IMG/VR virus record: IMGVR_UViG_3300043409_001318
Coordinates: 96,001 to 160,000 of that record
Direction: 5' to 3' (one strand)
Origin: a virus
Length of the DNA: 64,000 bases
Shown here: positions 51,162-59,127 of the stretch, piece by piece
Layout of the letters: each line of letters opens with the position of its first letter
How positions within the stretch are numbered: position 1 is the first letter of the stretch
Position numbers and translations under genes: made by a program
Notes under the pieces: model-generated
What the model was told of the DNA's origin: nothing
Databases searched by the model: none
What the model saw: the letters and a program-made list of their open reading frames with translations, nothing else

Positions 51162-51171
51162 GTTTTAAAAA

Positions 51172-51564
51172 ATGAAAGATCCAAATGAAATTGTAAAAAT
51201 TGAAAAAGCCATAGCACAAAAGTATGGTGAAGATACAATAGCAAATCCAAAACATTATTGGAATGAAGAAAAAGAAAAAGAATATGTAGAGCAATTAAAA
51301 GAATTATCAGCAATACAAACAAAACAAGAAGAAAAAGACCAAAAAATAAATATTGATGGTATTTTTATTTCTAAAAAACTACTTAATAAAGATAGCAAAA
51401 GAACTTGTCCTATTTGTTCTGTTTATTCATTTAGCAGCAAAGACGATCTATATATGAATAGATATGAATGTTGTTACAAATGTTATATTCAATGGGTAGA
51501 AGGAAGAGAAGAAAGATGGAAAACAGGTTGGAGGCCAAATGAAAGTAACGTTAACAAGAAGTGA
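51172..51564 (+). CDS. Hypothetical zinc-finger protein
   Basis: CPIC...CCYKC. Confidence 0.65.
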   Translation: MKDPNEIVKIEKAIAQKYGEDTIANPKHYWNEEKEKEYVEQLKELSAIQTKQEEKDQKINIDGIFISKKLLNKDSKRTCPICSVYSFSSKDDLYMNRYECCYKCYIQWVEGREERWKTGWRPNESNVNKK

Positions 51565-51859
51565 ACTAAAACAAATAATTCAAGAAGAATGGAACAGAGC
51601 AGAAATTTTGGAACAAAGTTCTCCAACTGGCGGATATGACGAAACAGTCGAGGGACAAGATCAAGAATTAGATTATGAAGGTTACATGACAAAAAGCCAA
51701 CTTTTTAAAATTGGTGAATATGCTTTAAAACTTCACGATATGATTAACGACGGCGATAATCTACCAGAGTGGATGCAATCAAAAGTTTCTCAAATGGAAA
51801 AAGATATTGGCTCTGTCTACCATGCACTTAATTATGATACAAAAAGAGGAACTATATAA
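51539..51859 (+). CDS. Small head-module protein with IIxEE leader
   Basis: MKVTLTRSELKQIIQEE; DYEGYMTKSQL...LPEWMQSK. Confidence 0.65.
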   Translation: MKVTLTRSELKQIIQEEWNRAEILEQSSPTGGYDETVEGQDQELDYEGYMTKSQLFKIGEYALKLHDMINDGDNLPEWMQSKVSQMEKDIGSVYHALNYDTKRGTI

Positions 51860-52428
51860 TGGCTACAACCCTTGAAATAATCCAAGGCATCTCACAAGCT
51901 GCCGCAAACGCATACGACGGCTCACATATGGCAAAATATAATGCTGATGGTGAGGAAAGAAAGATCGGACTTCGTAGAGAAGACGGTGATCCAATATTGG
52001 ACTCAAGAGTTATTGATGGTTTTAAAGTTAAGTTCAAAGGCAACAAACTTTGTATTACTTACCAAAGTGAAATTTCTATGAAAGAAGTTCACAAAGGTGG
52101 AAAGTTTGAAAACGAAATGGAACAAGTTATGGCTGACATTGTTAAGTTCTTAAAAAAAGAATATAAGACAATTACAAAAAATAGTTTATCCCTAAAAGCA
52201 ATTGGAGAAGTTGATATATTTGTTCAACCAATTTCAAGAACCAGAACAGACCTTAGAATGTATCAAGAGTTTGAAATTTCTTCATTAGATAAGAAAGCAG
52301 TTATTTCCGTAGGGCTTCCAAGTGAAGATATTGTAAATGACGTAACAAGAAAATTTCTTGCTATGGGAAGAGAGAAAGCTAAGAAACCTTCAAATGTAAC
52401 AAGACCAGACGAAAAGAAAAAAGAATAA
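51859..52428 (+). CDS. Hypothetical protein upstream of terminase
   Basis: 189 aa, AGAGG upstream, coupled to the previous gene. Confidence 0.65.
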   Translation: MATTLEIIQGISQAAANAYDGSHMAKYNADGEERKIGLRREDGDPILDSRVIDGFKVKFKGNKLCITYQSEISMKEVHKGGKFENEMEQVMADIVKFLKKEYKTITKNSLSLKAIGEVDIFVQPISRTRTDLRMYQEFEISSLDKKAVISVGLPSEDIVNDVTRKFLAMGREKAKKPSNVTRPDEKKKE

Positions 52429-52436
52429 AATGAAAA

Positions 52437-54026
52437 ATGTCTACAGCATACAAATTAACAAAAGAACAAGTTAAGTCCGAAATTGTAAAGTGTGCTAAAG
52501 ATCCAATTTATTTTCTAAACACATACGCAAGAATTTCGGACACACAAAAAGGTCCAATACCTTTTAGAACTTATAGTTTTCAAGACGAAGTTCTAAAAGA
52601 TATGAAGGACTATCGTTTTAACGTAGTTCTAAAAGCCCGTCAGTTAGGTCTTTCAACAATCGTAGCAGGTTATATAGCTTGGCTAATGTTGTTCCATAGA
52701 GACAAGAATGTTCTTATCTTAGCAACCAAATTACTTTCAGCATCAAATATGGTTAAGAAAGTTAAGTATATTATTAAAAGTTTACCAGATTGGTTGATGA
52801 TTGCTGATGTATCAATCGACAATAGAAACTCATTTGAACTTACAAATGGTTCACAAATTAAAGCTTCCGCTACGTCTGGTGATGCTGGACGTTCGGAGGC
52901 TCTTTCTTTACTTGTTCTGGACGAAGCTGCGTTCATTGAGAACATGAAAGACCTATGGACAGGTGTATATCCTACGCTTGCTACCGGTGGTCGTTGTATT
53001 GGTATCTCAACTCCAAATGGTGTAGGTAATTGGTTTCATCAAACTTACTTAGATGCTGAGACAGGCACAAATGAATTTCACCCAGTAAGACTACATTGGT
53101 CAGTCCATCCAGATAGAGATCAAGCTTGGTTTGAAAGAGAAACCAAGAATATGTCTAAAAGAGAAATCGCACAAGAATATGAATGTTCTTTTAATGCTTC
53201 TGGTGAAACCGTAGTTGGTGCAGAACAATTAGAATATATAGAAAAGAATTGTAGCGAACCAAAATTTAGAATTCACATAGACAGAAATCTTTGGGTATGG
53301 AAAGGATATAATCCAAACCATTCGTATGTTCTTGTAGCAGATACAGCAAGAGGCGATGGAAAAGATAATTCAGTATTCCATCTTCTTAATCTTGATACTA
53401 TGGAAATAGTAGCAGAATATCAAGGAAAAATAACAACAGAAGACTTTGCTGATCTTGTTATCACAACAGGCAAAGAATATAATAATTGTATGGTAGTTAT
53501 AGAAAACAATAATCTTGGATTTTCAGTCTTAGAAAAGATTGTTGATAAAGGATATACAAATGTTTATTATTCTACCAAAGGTTCTGCTGAATATATAGAT
53601 CAAATCTCAGCAGAGGGAACAACAAACACGGTCCCCGGATTTACTACTTCACATAAATCAAGACCTCTTATAGTAGCAAAGATGGAAGAATTTGTTAGAA
53701 ATAAAAGTGTTAAAATAAATTCTATAAGAACCTTCCACGAACTAAGCACATTCATATGGGTATTAGGAAGACCACAAGCGATGCAAGGATACAACGACGA
53801 TTTAGTTATGTCCTTGGCAATTGCTTGTTGGGTCAAGGATACGGTATTCCAAACCAATCAAAGGGAACTGGAATATAAGAAAGCCATATTGACAGGCTTC
53901 ACAAAAAGTAATACTATATTTGATACTAAAATTTCGGGGATGCAAGGATACAATAGAGACTTGTCTGTATCCTTAGAAAGAGCGAAACAAGAACACGCAC
54001 AATATTTTTGGATATATAAAGGATGA
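52437..54026 (+). CDS. terL: Terminase large subunit (T4 gp17-like)
   Basis: KARQLGLST, LLVLDEAAF, ISTPNG, ADTARGDGKD, NDDLVMSLAI. Confidence 0.95.
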   Translation: MSTAYKLTKEQVKSEIVKCAKDPIYFLNTYARISDTQKGPIPFRTYSFQDEVLKDMKDYRFNVVLKARQLGLSTIVAGYIAWLMLFHRDKNVLILATKLLSASNMVKKVKYIIKSLPDWLMIADVSIDNRNSFELTNGSQIKASATSGDAGRSEALSLLVLDEAAFIENMKDLWTGVYPTLATGGRCIGISTPNGVGNWFHQTYLDAETGTNEFHPVRLHWSVHPDRDQAWFERETKNMSKREIAQEYECSFNASGETVVGAEQLEYIEKNCSEPKFRIHIDRNLWVWKGYNPNHSYVLVADTARGDGKDNSVFHLLNLDTMEIVAEYQGKITTEDFADLVITTGKEYNNCMVVIENNNLGFSVLEKIVDKGYTNVYYSTKGSAEYIDQISAEGTTNTVPGFTTSHKSRPLIVAKMEEFVRNKSVKINSIRTFHELSTFIWVLGRPQAMQGYNDDLVMSLAIACWVKDTVFQTNQRELEYKKAILTGFTKSNTIFDTKISGMQGYNRDLSVSLERAKQEHAQYFWIYKG

Positions 54027-54029
54027 TAA

Positions 54030-56039
54030 ATGGCAGATCAAAATAAGAATAACACTAAGAACATAGACTCAGCTTTATTTAAAAGACTAACAAAGCTTTT
54101 GTCTGGTCCTATAGTAAATTATAATCAACCAGTTCAAAGTAGATATAGACGTAACCAAATGGATAAACTTGGTTCAAAGTTTACTTCTGCTTCTGGTTTA
54201 GAGTTTAAGAAAACTGCTTATAATCCTTATGAGAATTTCTCTTCCAAACTTATGACAAATCAAAATCGTGCCGAAAGGTATATAGATTTTGACCAAATGG
54301 AATACATGCCAGAGATAGCATCTGCCTTAGATATTTACGCAGATGAAATGACTACATCAAACGAACTTACTCCCTTAATGAGTATCAAATGTCCTAACGA
54401 AGAAATTAAAACAATTCTTCAAACACTTTATATTAAAACACTTAACTTAGACGCTAACTTGTTTAATTGGTGTAGAAATATGTGTAAGTATGGAGATCAC
54501 TTTGTTTATCTTGATATTGATGAACATTTAGGTATTAAATCTGCTATTGGTCTTCCATCAAATCAAGTTGAAAGAATGGAAGGTAAAGATCCAACCAATC
54601 CAAATTATGTTCAATTTCAATGGAACTCCGCTGGTATGACGTTTGAGAATTGGCAAGTAGCACACTTCCGTATTCTTGGAAATGATAAACATTCTCCATA
54701 TGGAACTTCTGTTTTAGACTCGTCAAGAAGAATTTGGAGACAACTTACTTTGCTTGAAGATGCGATGATGGCTTATCGTATTACAAGATCTCCAGAACGT
54801 AAAGTATTTTATATTGACGTTGGAAATATTCCTCCACAAGAAATCGAACAGTTCATGCAAAGAGCCATGACTACGATGAAAAGAAATCAAATTTTAGATG
54901 CTACAACTGGTCGCGTTGATCTTCGCTATAATCCTATGTCCGTTGACGAGGATTATTTTATTCCTGTTCGTGGTGGAGTAAATAATAATAAAATTGAAGC
55001 ACTTCCCGGTGGTCAATTTGCTTCTGCTATTGAGGACGTAAAATATTTAAGAGACAAATTATTTGCTGCTCTTAAAGTTCCTATGTCTTATCTTATTAGA
55101 GGAGATGGAGCAAGTGAAGATAAAGCAACATTAGCACAAAAAGATGTTCGCTTTGCAAGAACCGTTCAAAGATTACAAAGAGTAGTTGTTGGAGAATTAG
55201 AAAAGATTGGTATAGTCCATTTGTTTACACTTGGATACAGAGGATCAGATTTAATTTCATTTAAACTTTCTCTTAACAATCCATCAAAGATTGCAGCACT
55301 ACAAGAACTTGAACATTGGAAAACTAAATTTGATGTTGCTGGTTCAGCTACCGAAGGGTATTTCTCTAAACGTTGGATTGCTCACAATATATTTGGTATC
55401 TCCGATGAAGAATTCCTCCGTATCCAAAGAGAACAATTCTATGATCGTAAATTCACAGCTACACTTGAAGCAGCAGGAGCACAACCACAAGGAGGTGGCG
55501 GCGGCGGTGGTGGAGGTGGCCTTGGAGGCGGCTTAGGTGGTGGACCAGAAGAAATGCCACCAGATACAAGCCCAGAAGGAGGCCCACCAGAAGCCCCAGA
55601 AGGTGGAGGAGCACCAGAAGGTGGAGTAGGAGGCGCAGAAGCCCCAGAAGCCCCACCAGCAGCAGGAGACGAGGGAGGAAGCACATTATTAGCAGCACCC
55701 CCCGGTAAAAGAAGAGATACGGCAGGAAAAGTAATAACAACAACTCCAGCTTCAAAAGGAAAATGGTATGAACCAGTTTTCAATAGAGGCGACGATAAAA
55801 GGAATATTGGAGCAAGAGCCAGAGGGTTTAAAGCTTCTGGTGGAGGTTTCACAGCAAGTCCAAGTGTTAAAAACATTTTCCCCGGTCTACAAGATATTAA
55901 ATCTTTAGCAAATGCAGCAGGTATTAGTGAAACTTCGCAAGAAAGATACACAGATGAAGAATACGAACTATTTACATTAGAAAAAGAAACTAGAGTTCTT
56001 TTAGAAAGTCTGGAGATAAAAAAGAATGCAAAAGCTTAA
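54030..56039 (+). CDS. Portal protein (T4 gp20-like) with long low-complexity C-terminal extension
   Basis: PEIASALDIYADE, YRITRSPERKVFYIDVGN, EDYFIPVRG. Confidence 0.95.
   Translation: MADQNKNNTKNIDSALFKRLTKLLSGPIVNYNQPVQSRYRRNQMDKLGSKFTSASGLEFKKTAYNPYENFSSKLMTNQNRAERYIDFDQMEYMPEIASALDIYADEMTTSNELTPLMSIKCPNEEIKTILQTLYIKTLNLDANLFNWCRNMCKYGDHFVYLDIDEHLGIKSAIGLPSNQVERMEGKDPTNPNYVQFQWNSAGMTFENWQVAHFRILGNDKHSPYGTSVLDSSRRIWRQLTLLEDAMMAYRITRSPERKVFYIDVGNIPPQEIEQFMQRAMTTMKRNQILDATTGRVDLRYNPMSVDEDYFIPVRGGVNNNKIEALPGGQFASAIEDVKYLRDKLFAALKVPMSYLIRGDGASEDKATLAQKDVRFARTVQRLQRVVVGELEKIGIVHLFTLGYRGSDLISFKLSLNNPSKIAALQELEHWKTKFDVAGSATEGYFSKRWIAHNIFGISDEEFLRIQREQFYDRKFTATLEAAGAQPQGGGGGGGGGGLGGGLGGGPEEMPPDTSPEGGPPEAPEGGGAPEGGVGGAEAPEAPPAAGDEGGSTLLAAPPGKRRDTAGKVITTTPASKGKWYEPVFNRGDDKRNIGARARGFKASGGGFTASPSVKNIFPGLQDIKSLANAAGISETSQERYTDEEYELFTLEKETRVLLESLEIKKNAKA
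55491..55682 (+). repeat. GC-rich low-complexity Gly/Pro/Glu/Ala coding tract in the portal tail
   Basis: 10 consecutive Gly codons; repeated CCAGAAG (PE) units. Confidence 0.85.
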
Positions 56040-56829
56040 ACTCAAACACAATAAGAAAAGAAACACAGCTTTTCTTTTTGAGTCATTAACAAAAGAATTA
56101 ACAAAGACAATCGTAAATAAAGACGAGAAAACAAAACAAATTATTTTATCTGTTATTAAAGAACATTTTAAAAAAGGTTCAATACTATCAAAAGAATTAG
56201 ATGTTTATAAATCTCTTTATGAAACAAGAGGTCTTAATAAAGATACAGCCAATAGAATGTTGAATGAAGCAAAAAGAATGTATGCTACTTTTATGCCTCA
56301 AGATATTTTTAATCAACAAACCAGAATTATAAATGATGTAAATAAAAAAGTAAATGCTTCTGTCTTTACAAACTTTATGTCTAATTACAAAGACTTAGCA
56401 ACAATAGCTCAAATCTTTGATAACGAAATTCCTATGAAGACAAGAGTTATATTAGAAGAATATTTAATTGATAGATTGTCAACCCAAGATGATCCACAAA
56501 ATAATCTTAAACCAATTGATAGTCTTGTATATAAAGAATTCGTCAAGAAGTTTAACGATAAGTATGGTGCTTCTTTAATGGAAGAACAAAAACAACTTCT
56601 TACAAAATATATTGCTTCATATTCAAACGACGATATTGATTTCAAAGTTTATCTTAATGAAGAAATTGGAAGAATAAAACAAATTGTTATTTCATCCAAA
56701 CAAATCACAGAAAGTAAACAAAGAGAAGGGTTGGTTAATATTTTAGAGTCATTTAGAACAAATCAAATAACTCCAGCCATGATTGAAAAAGTTTTGAAAC
56801 TACAACAATTAGTTAAGGAACTTGTTTAA
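56026..56829 (+). CDS. Hypothetical head-module protein
   Basis: 267 aa, helical, directly after the portal. Confidence 0.65.
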   Translation: MQKLKLKHNKKRNTAFLFESLTKELTKTIVNKDEKTKQIILSVIKEHFKKGSILSKELDVYKSLYETRGLNKDTANRMLNEAKRMYATFMPQDIFNQQTRIINDVNKKVNASVFTNFMSNYKDLATIAQIFDNEIPMKTRVILEEYLIDRLSTQDDPQNNLKPIDSLVYKEFVKKFNDKYGASLMEEQKQLLTKYIASYSNDDIDFKVYLNEEIGRIKQIVISSKQITESKQREGLVNILESFRTNQITPAMIEKVLKLQQLVKELV

Positions 56830-57404
56830 TGTCAATAAAGATTAAAGTTAAAGACGATAGCATGAAAGGAATTGGGGAACCAGAAATCCCCAAGACCAAA
56901 GTTCGTCTTGATATAAGAAAAACCTTAGATGGTAATTTTATCATCCAAGATCATCCTTATATTGATATTATAATATCTCCATCAAAAAATAAAATTTTAG
57001 CCTTATCTACTATTGCGATGGATGATAAAGTATATTATACTCAAAATAAATACTTTGACTTTCTTTACAAGCGTGGAGTAATAGATCCATCAACAATTCA
57101 AGCTGGAAATATTTATGCCTCAATGGAAGCTGCTATCCCTCAAACAACAGAGAAAGTAGATCCTATTGAAGTTATTATATTTTCAACTGCTTTGTTTATA
57201 GATAAAGAAAGACCTTCGTTTGAATATGAGAAGGCTATGAGAAAAATGCAAGACGATTATCTTACTGACCCAAGTGATCAAGACACAACTGAACTTGGAG
57301 AAGTGCCACAGAAAGCTCGTCAAGGTTCAATTGGAACTGCTGCTTACTCTCTTAATAAACATTACAATATCGCTTATTTAGGCGAAAGGAAAGACAAAAA
57401 ATGA
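56829..57404 (+). CDS. Hypothetical head-module protein
   Basis: 191 aa; TAATG coupling. Confidence 0.65.
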   Translation: MSIKIKVKDDSMKGIGEPEIPKTKVRLDIRKTLDGNFIIQDHPYIDIIISPSKNKILALSTIAMDDKVYYTQNKYFDFLYKRGVIDPSTIQAGNIYASMEAAIPQTTEKVDPIEVIIFSTALFIDKERPSFEYEKAMRKMQDDYLTDPSDQDTTELGEVPQKARQGSIGTAAYSLNKHYNIAYLGERKDKK

Positions 57405-57646
57405 AACTCACAGAAAATTATTTAAGAAATATGATCAAACAAGTTATTAAGGAAATGGATTATGGTACGTTACCAACGAACCCTACGTCTAACTTTAAGG
57501 AAGAGCCAGTTGATACTGATCTTCTTTCTTCATTAGAAGACCAAGGATATAAAGTTAGAGAAATGGGTAATGGTAGTTATGAAATTATACATCCAACAGA
57601 TTCATTTAAAAGTTATATTTTACAGCCAAAACTTAATAGAATGTAA
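57401..57646 (+). CDS. Small protein with IIxEE-like leader
   Basis: MKLTENYLRNMIKQVIKE. Confidence 0.65.
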   Translation: MKLTENYLRNMIKQVIKEMDYGTLPTNPTSNFKEEPVDTDLLSSLEDQGYKVREMGNGSYEIIHPTDSFKSYILQPKLNRM

Positions 57647-57652
57647 TTAATA

Positions 57653-57964
57653 ATGTTCCTCCCATACTTCATACTAATTTGTTATGGTTTAACCAATATC
57701 CTTGTTTATGGTTCTATATTTAATTGTATAAGACCAAAACAAGGATTATTGGGAGAACTATTCAAATGTCCTATGTGTATGGGATTTCATGTTGGATATA
57801 TAATTGCTCTATTATTAAATGCTTCTGATCTATTTAGTATATCAATCAACATAATCGATATGTTTATGTTGGCTTGTCTTTCATCGGGGACTTCTTATGT
57901 TCTTTGTTCATTATTCACGGATTTTGGAATTAATTTCAATATCAACAAGCAAGATAACAAATAA
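57653..57964 (+). CDS. Membrane protein with CxxC (DUF1360-like)
   Basis: Three hydrophobic segments, LFKCPMCMGFHVG. Confidence 0.6.
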   Translation: MFLPYFILICYGLTNILVYGSIFNCIRPKQGLLGELFKCPMCMGFHVGYIIALLLNASDLFSISINIIDMFMLACLSSGTSYVLCSLFTDFGINFNINKQDNK

Positions 57965-57969
57965 GTAAA

Positions 57970-57976
57970 CTAATTA
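57970..57976 (+). promoter_or_regulatory. CTAWWTA motif (CTAATTA)
   Basis: Intergenic, followed by GGAG and ATG 57995. Confidence 0.5.
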
Positions 57977-57994
57977 AAATAGTCGGAGATAATT

Positions 57995-58084
57995 ATGAAA
58001 GTTAATTTAACACAAAGCTTTTGGACTCGTAAGTGGGCTCTACAACCAGTTCGTCTGTGTTGCAGGGGCAAGCCGAAAGGTTAG
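57995..58084 (+). CDS. 29-aa basic peptide with Cys-Cys (MKVNLTQSFWTRKWALQPVRLCCRGKPKG)
   Basis: GGAG ribosome site; fills the gap before the protease; absent from the ORF track. Confidence 0.55.
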   Translation: MKVNLTQSFWTRKWALQPVRLCCRGKPKG

Positions 58085-58096
58085 GAAAACATATAA

Positions 58097-58690
58097 ATGA
58101 ATAAAACGTTATTAAGAGAATTTTTTGAATTATGCCCCGATGGAATCTGCGAAGACATACTTACAGAGTCCGATAAACACTTTATTAAAAGTGGTGGTAT
58201 GATGTTGTCTGGTGTAATCCAAAGAGCAGATGCAAGAAATGGAAATGGAAGAATTTATCCTCATTCTGTTTTATCGAGAGAAATGGATACATACAAACAA
58301 CTTGTTCAAGAAAGAAGAGCACTTGGAGAATTAGATCACCCAGATCAATCAATAATTAATCTTAAAAATGTTTCCCATCTTGTCACAGAAGTATGGTGGA
58401 GTGGAAAAGATGTAATGGGAAAGATCCAAGTTCTTAACACCCCATCTGGTCAAGTATTAAGAGAATTAGTTAACGCTAATGTTAAAATTGGTATATCTTC
58501 AAGAGGTACAGGTTCTGTTAGAGAAAACAGAGGCGAAACTATTGTTGAAGATGATTTCCAATTAATTTGTTTTGATATTGTTTCGGAGCCTTCTACTCAT
58601 GGAGCCTTTATGTTTCAAGAGAGAAAAGGAAATGTAAACGAAAATAAACAAGCAAGAGTTTCAAATCTTATCAAAGATATTTTAAAATAA
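58097..58690 (+). CDS. Prohead core protease (T4 gp21-like)
   Basis: NGNGRIYP, ALGELDHP, IGISSRGTGS, FDIVSEPSTHGA. Confidence 0.95.
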   Translation: MNKTLLREFFELCPDGICEDILTESDKHFIKSGGMMLSGVIQRADARNGNGRIYPHSVLSREMDTYKQLVQERRALGELDHPDQSIINLKNVSHLVTEVWWSGKDVMGKIQVLNTPSGQVLRELVNANVKIGISSRGTGSVRENRGETIVEDDFQLICFDIVSEPSTHGAFMFQERKGNVNENKQARVSNLIKDILK

Positions 58691-58704
58691 AAGGAGTTTT
58701 ATAA

Positions 58705-59037
58705 ATGCAACTTACAACACAACGTCTCAAGCAAATCATCAAAGAAGAACTTGAAGCAATCGTCTCGGAAATGAGCGACGAAACAGAAACAGAACTTACA
58801 GCAGAAGAAGAAAAAGTAGCTTCACTTGAACAACAACTTGCAGAAGCCAAAAAGAAAGTTGAAATGGAAAAGAAAGGTGGCAAAGAAACTGCTATGAAAG
58901 GTAAACAAGCTGCTATGAAAGGTAAAAGCGCACCAGTAGGCAAAAGAGGAACAGCCCCCGCTGCCACACCTATGAAAGCAAATAATGTTGGCAACCTTTA
59001 TGGCAAGGGCGCAACAAAAATGTCTACAAAAAAGTGA
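58705..59037 (+). CDS. IIxEE-leader protein with acidic coil and Lys/Ala-rich basic tail
   Basis: MQLTTQRLKQIIKEELE; AAGGAG upstream. Confidence 0.75.
   Translation: MQLTTQRLKQIIKEELEAIVSEMSDETETELTAEEEKVASLEQQLAEAKKKVEMEKKGGKETAMKGKQAAMKGKSAPVGKRGTAPAATPMKANNVGNLYGKGATKMSTKK
58889..58926 (+). repeat. 17-bp direct repeat, 21-nt period (CTGCTATGAAAGGTAAA x2)
   Basis: 58889-58905 and 58910-58926; encodes AMKGK twice. Confidence 0.85.
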
Positions 59038-59045
59038 AATAAATT

Positions 59046-59065
59046 AAACCTTAATTGAGGTTTTT
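59046..59065 (+). terminator. Probable intrinsic terminator
   Basis: AAACCT-TAATTG-AGGTTT followed by TT, just after the stop at 59037. Confidence 0.55.
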
Positions 59066-59071
59066 GAATAT

Positions 59072-59099
59072 GAGGTGGTGTATTTACTTACATCACCTC
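59072..59099 (+). other. 11-bp stem-loop with SD-like and anti-SD-like arms
   Basis: GAGGTGGTGTA pairs with TACATCACCTC (one G-U); 6-nt loop. Confidence 0.65.
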
Positions 59100-59105
59100 T
59101 ATTTA
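59099..59105 (+). promoter_or_regulatory. CTAWWTA motif (CTATTTA)
   Basis: Intergenic, followed by AAGGA and ATG 59128. Confidence 0.5.
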
Positions 59106-59127
59106 TATTTAAAAGGAAATCTTGTTT

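Noticed and set aside
55439-55951. 170-aa Pro-rich minus-strand ORF (and the overlapping 55291 and 55459 ORFs)
   Set aside because: Shadows of the GC-rich Gly tract in the portal, which lacks stops in other frames; no ribosome site or recognisable motif.
58065-58090. GGCAAGCC-GAAA-GGTT resembling the start of a c-di-GMP-I (GEMM) riboswitch
   Set aside because: The second stem and the GACGCAAA segment are absent; it is only a 4-bp GNRA hairpin within the 29-aa ORF.
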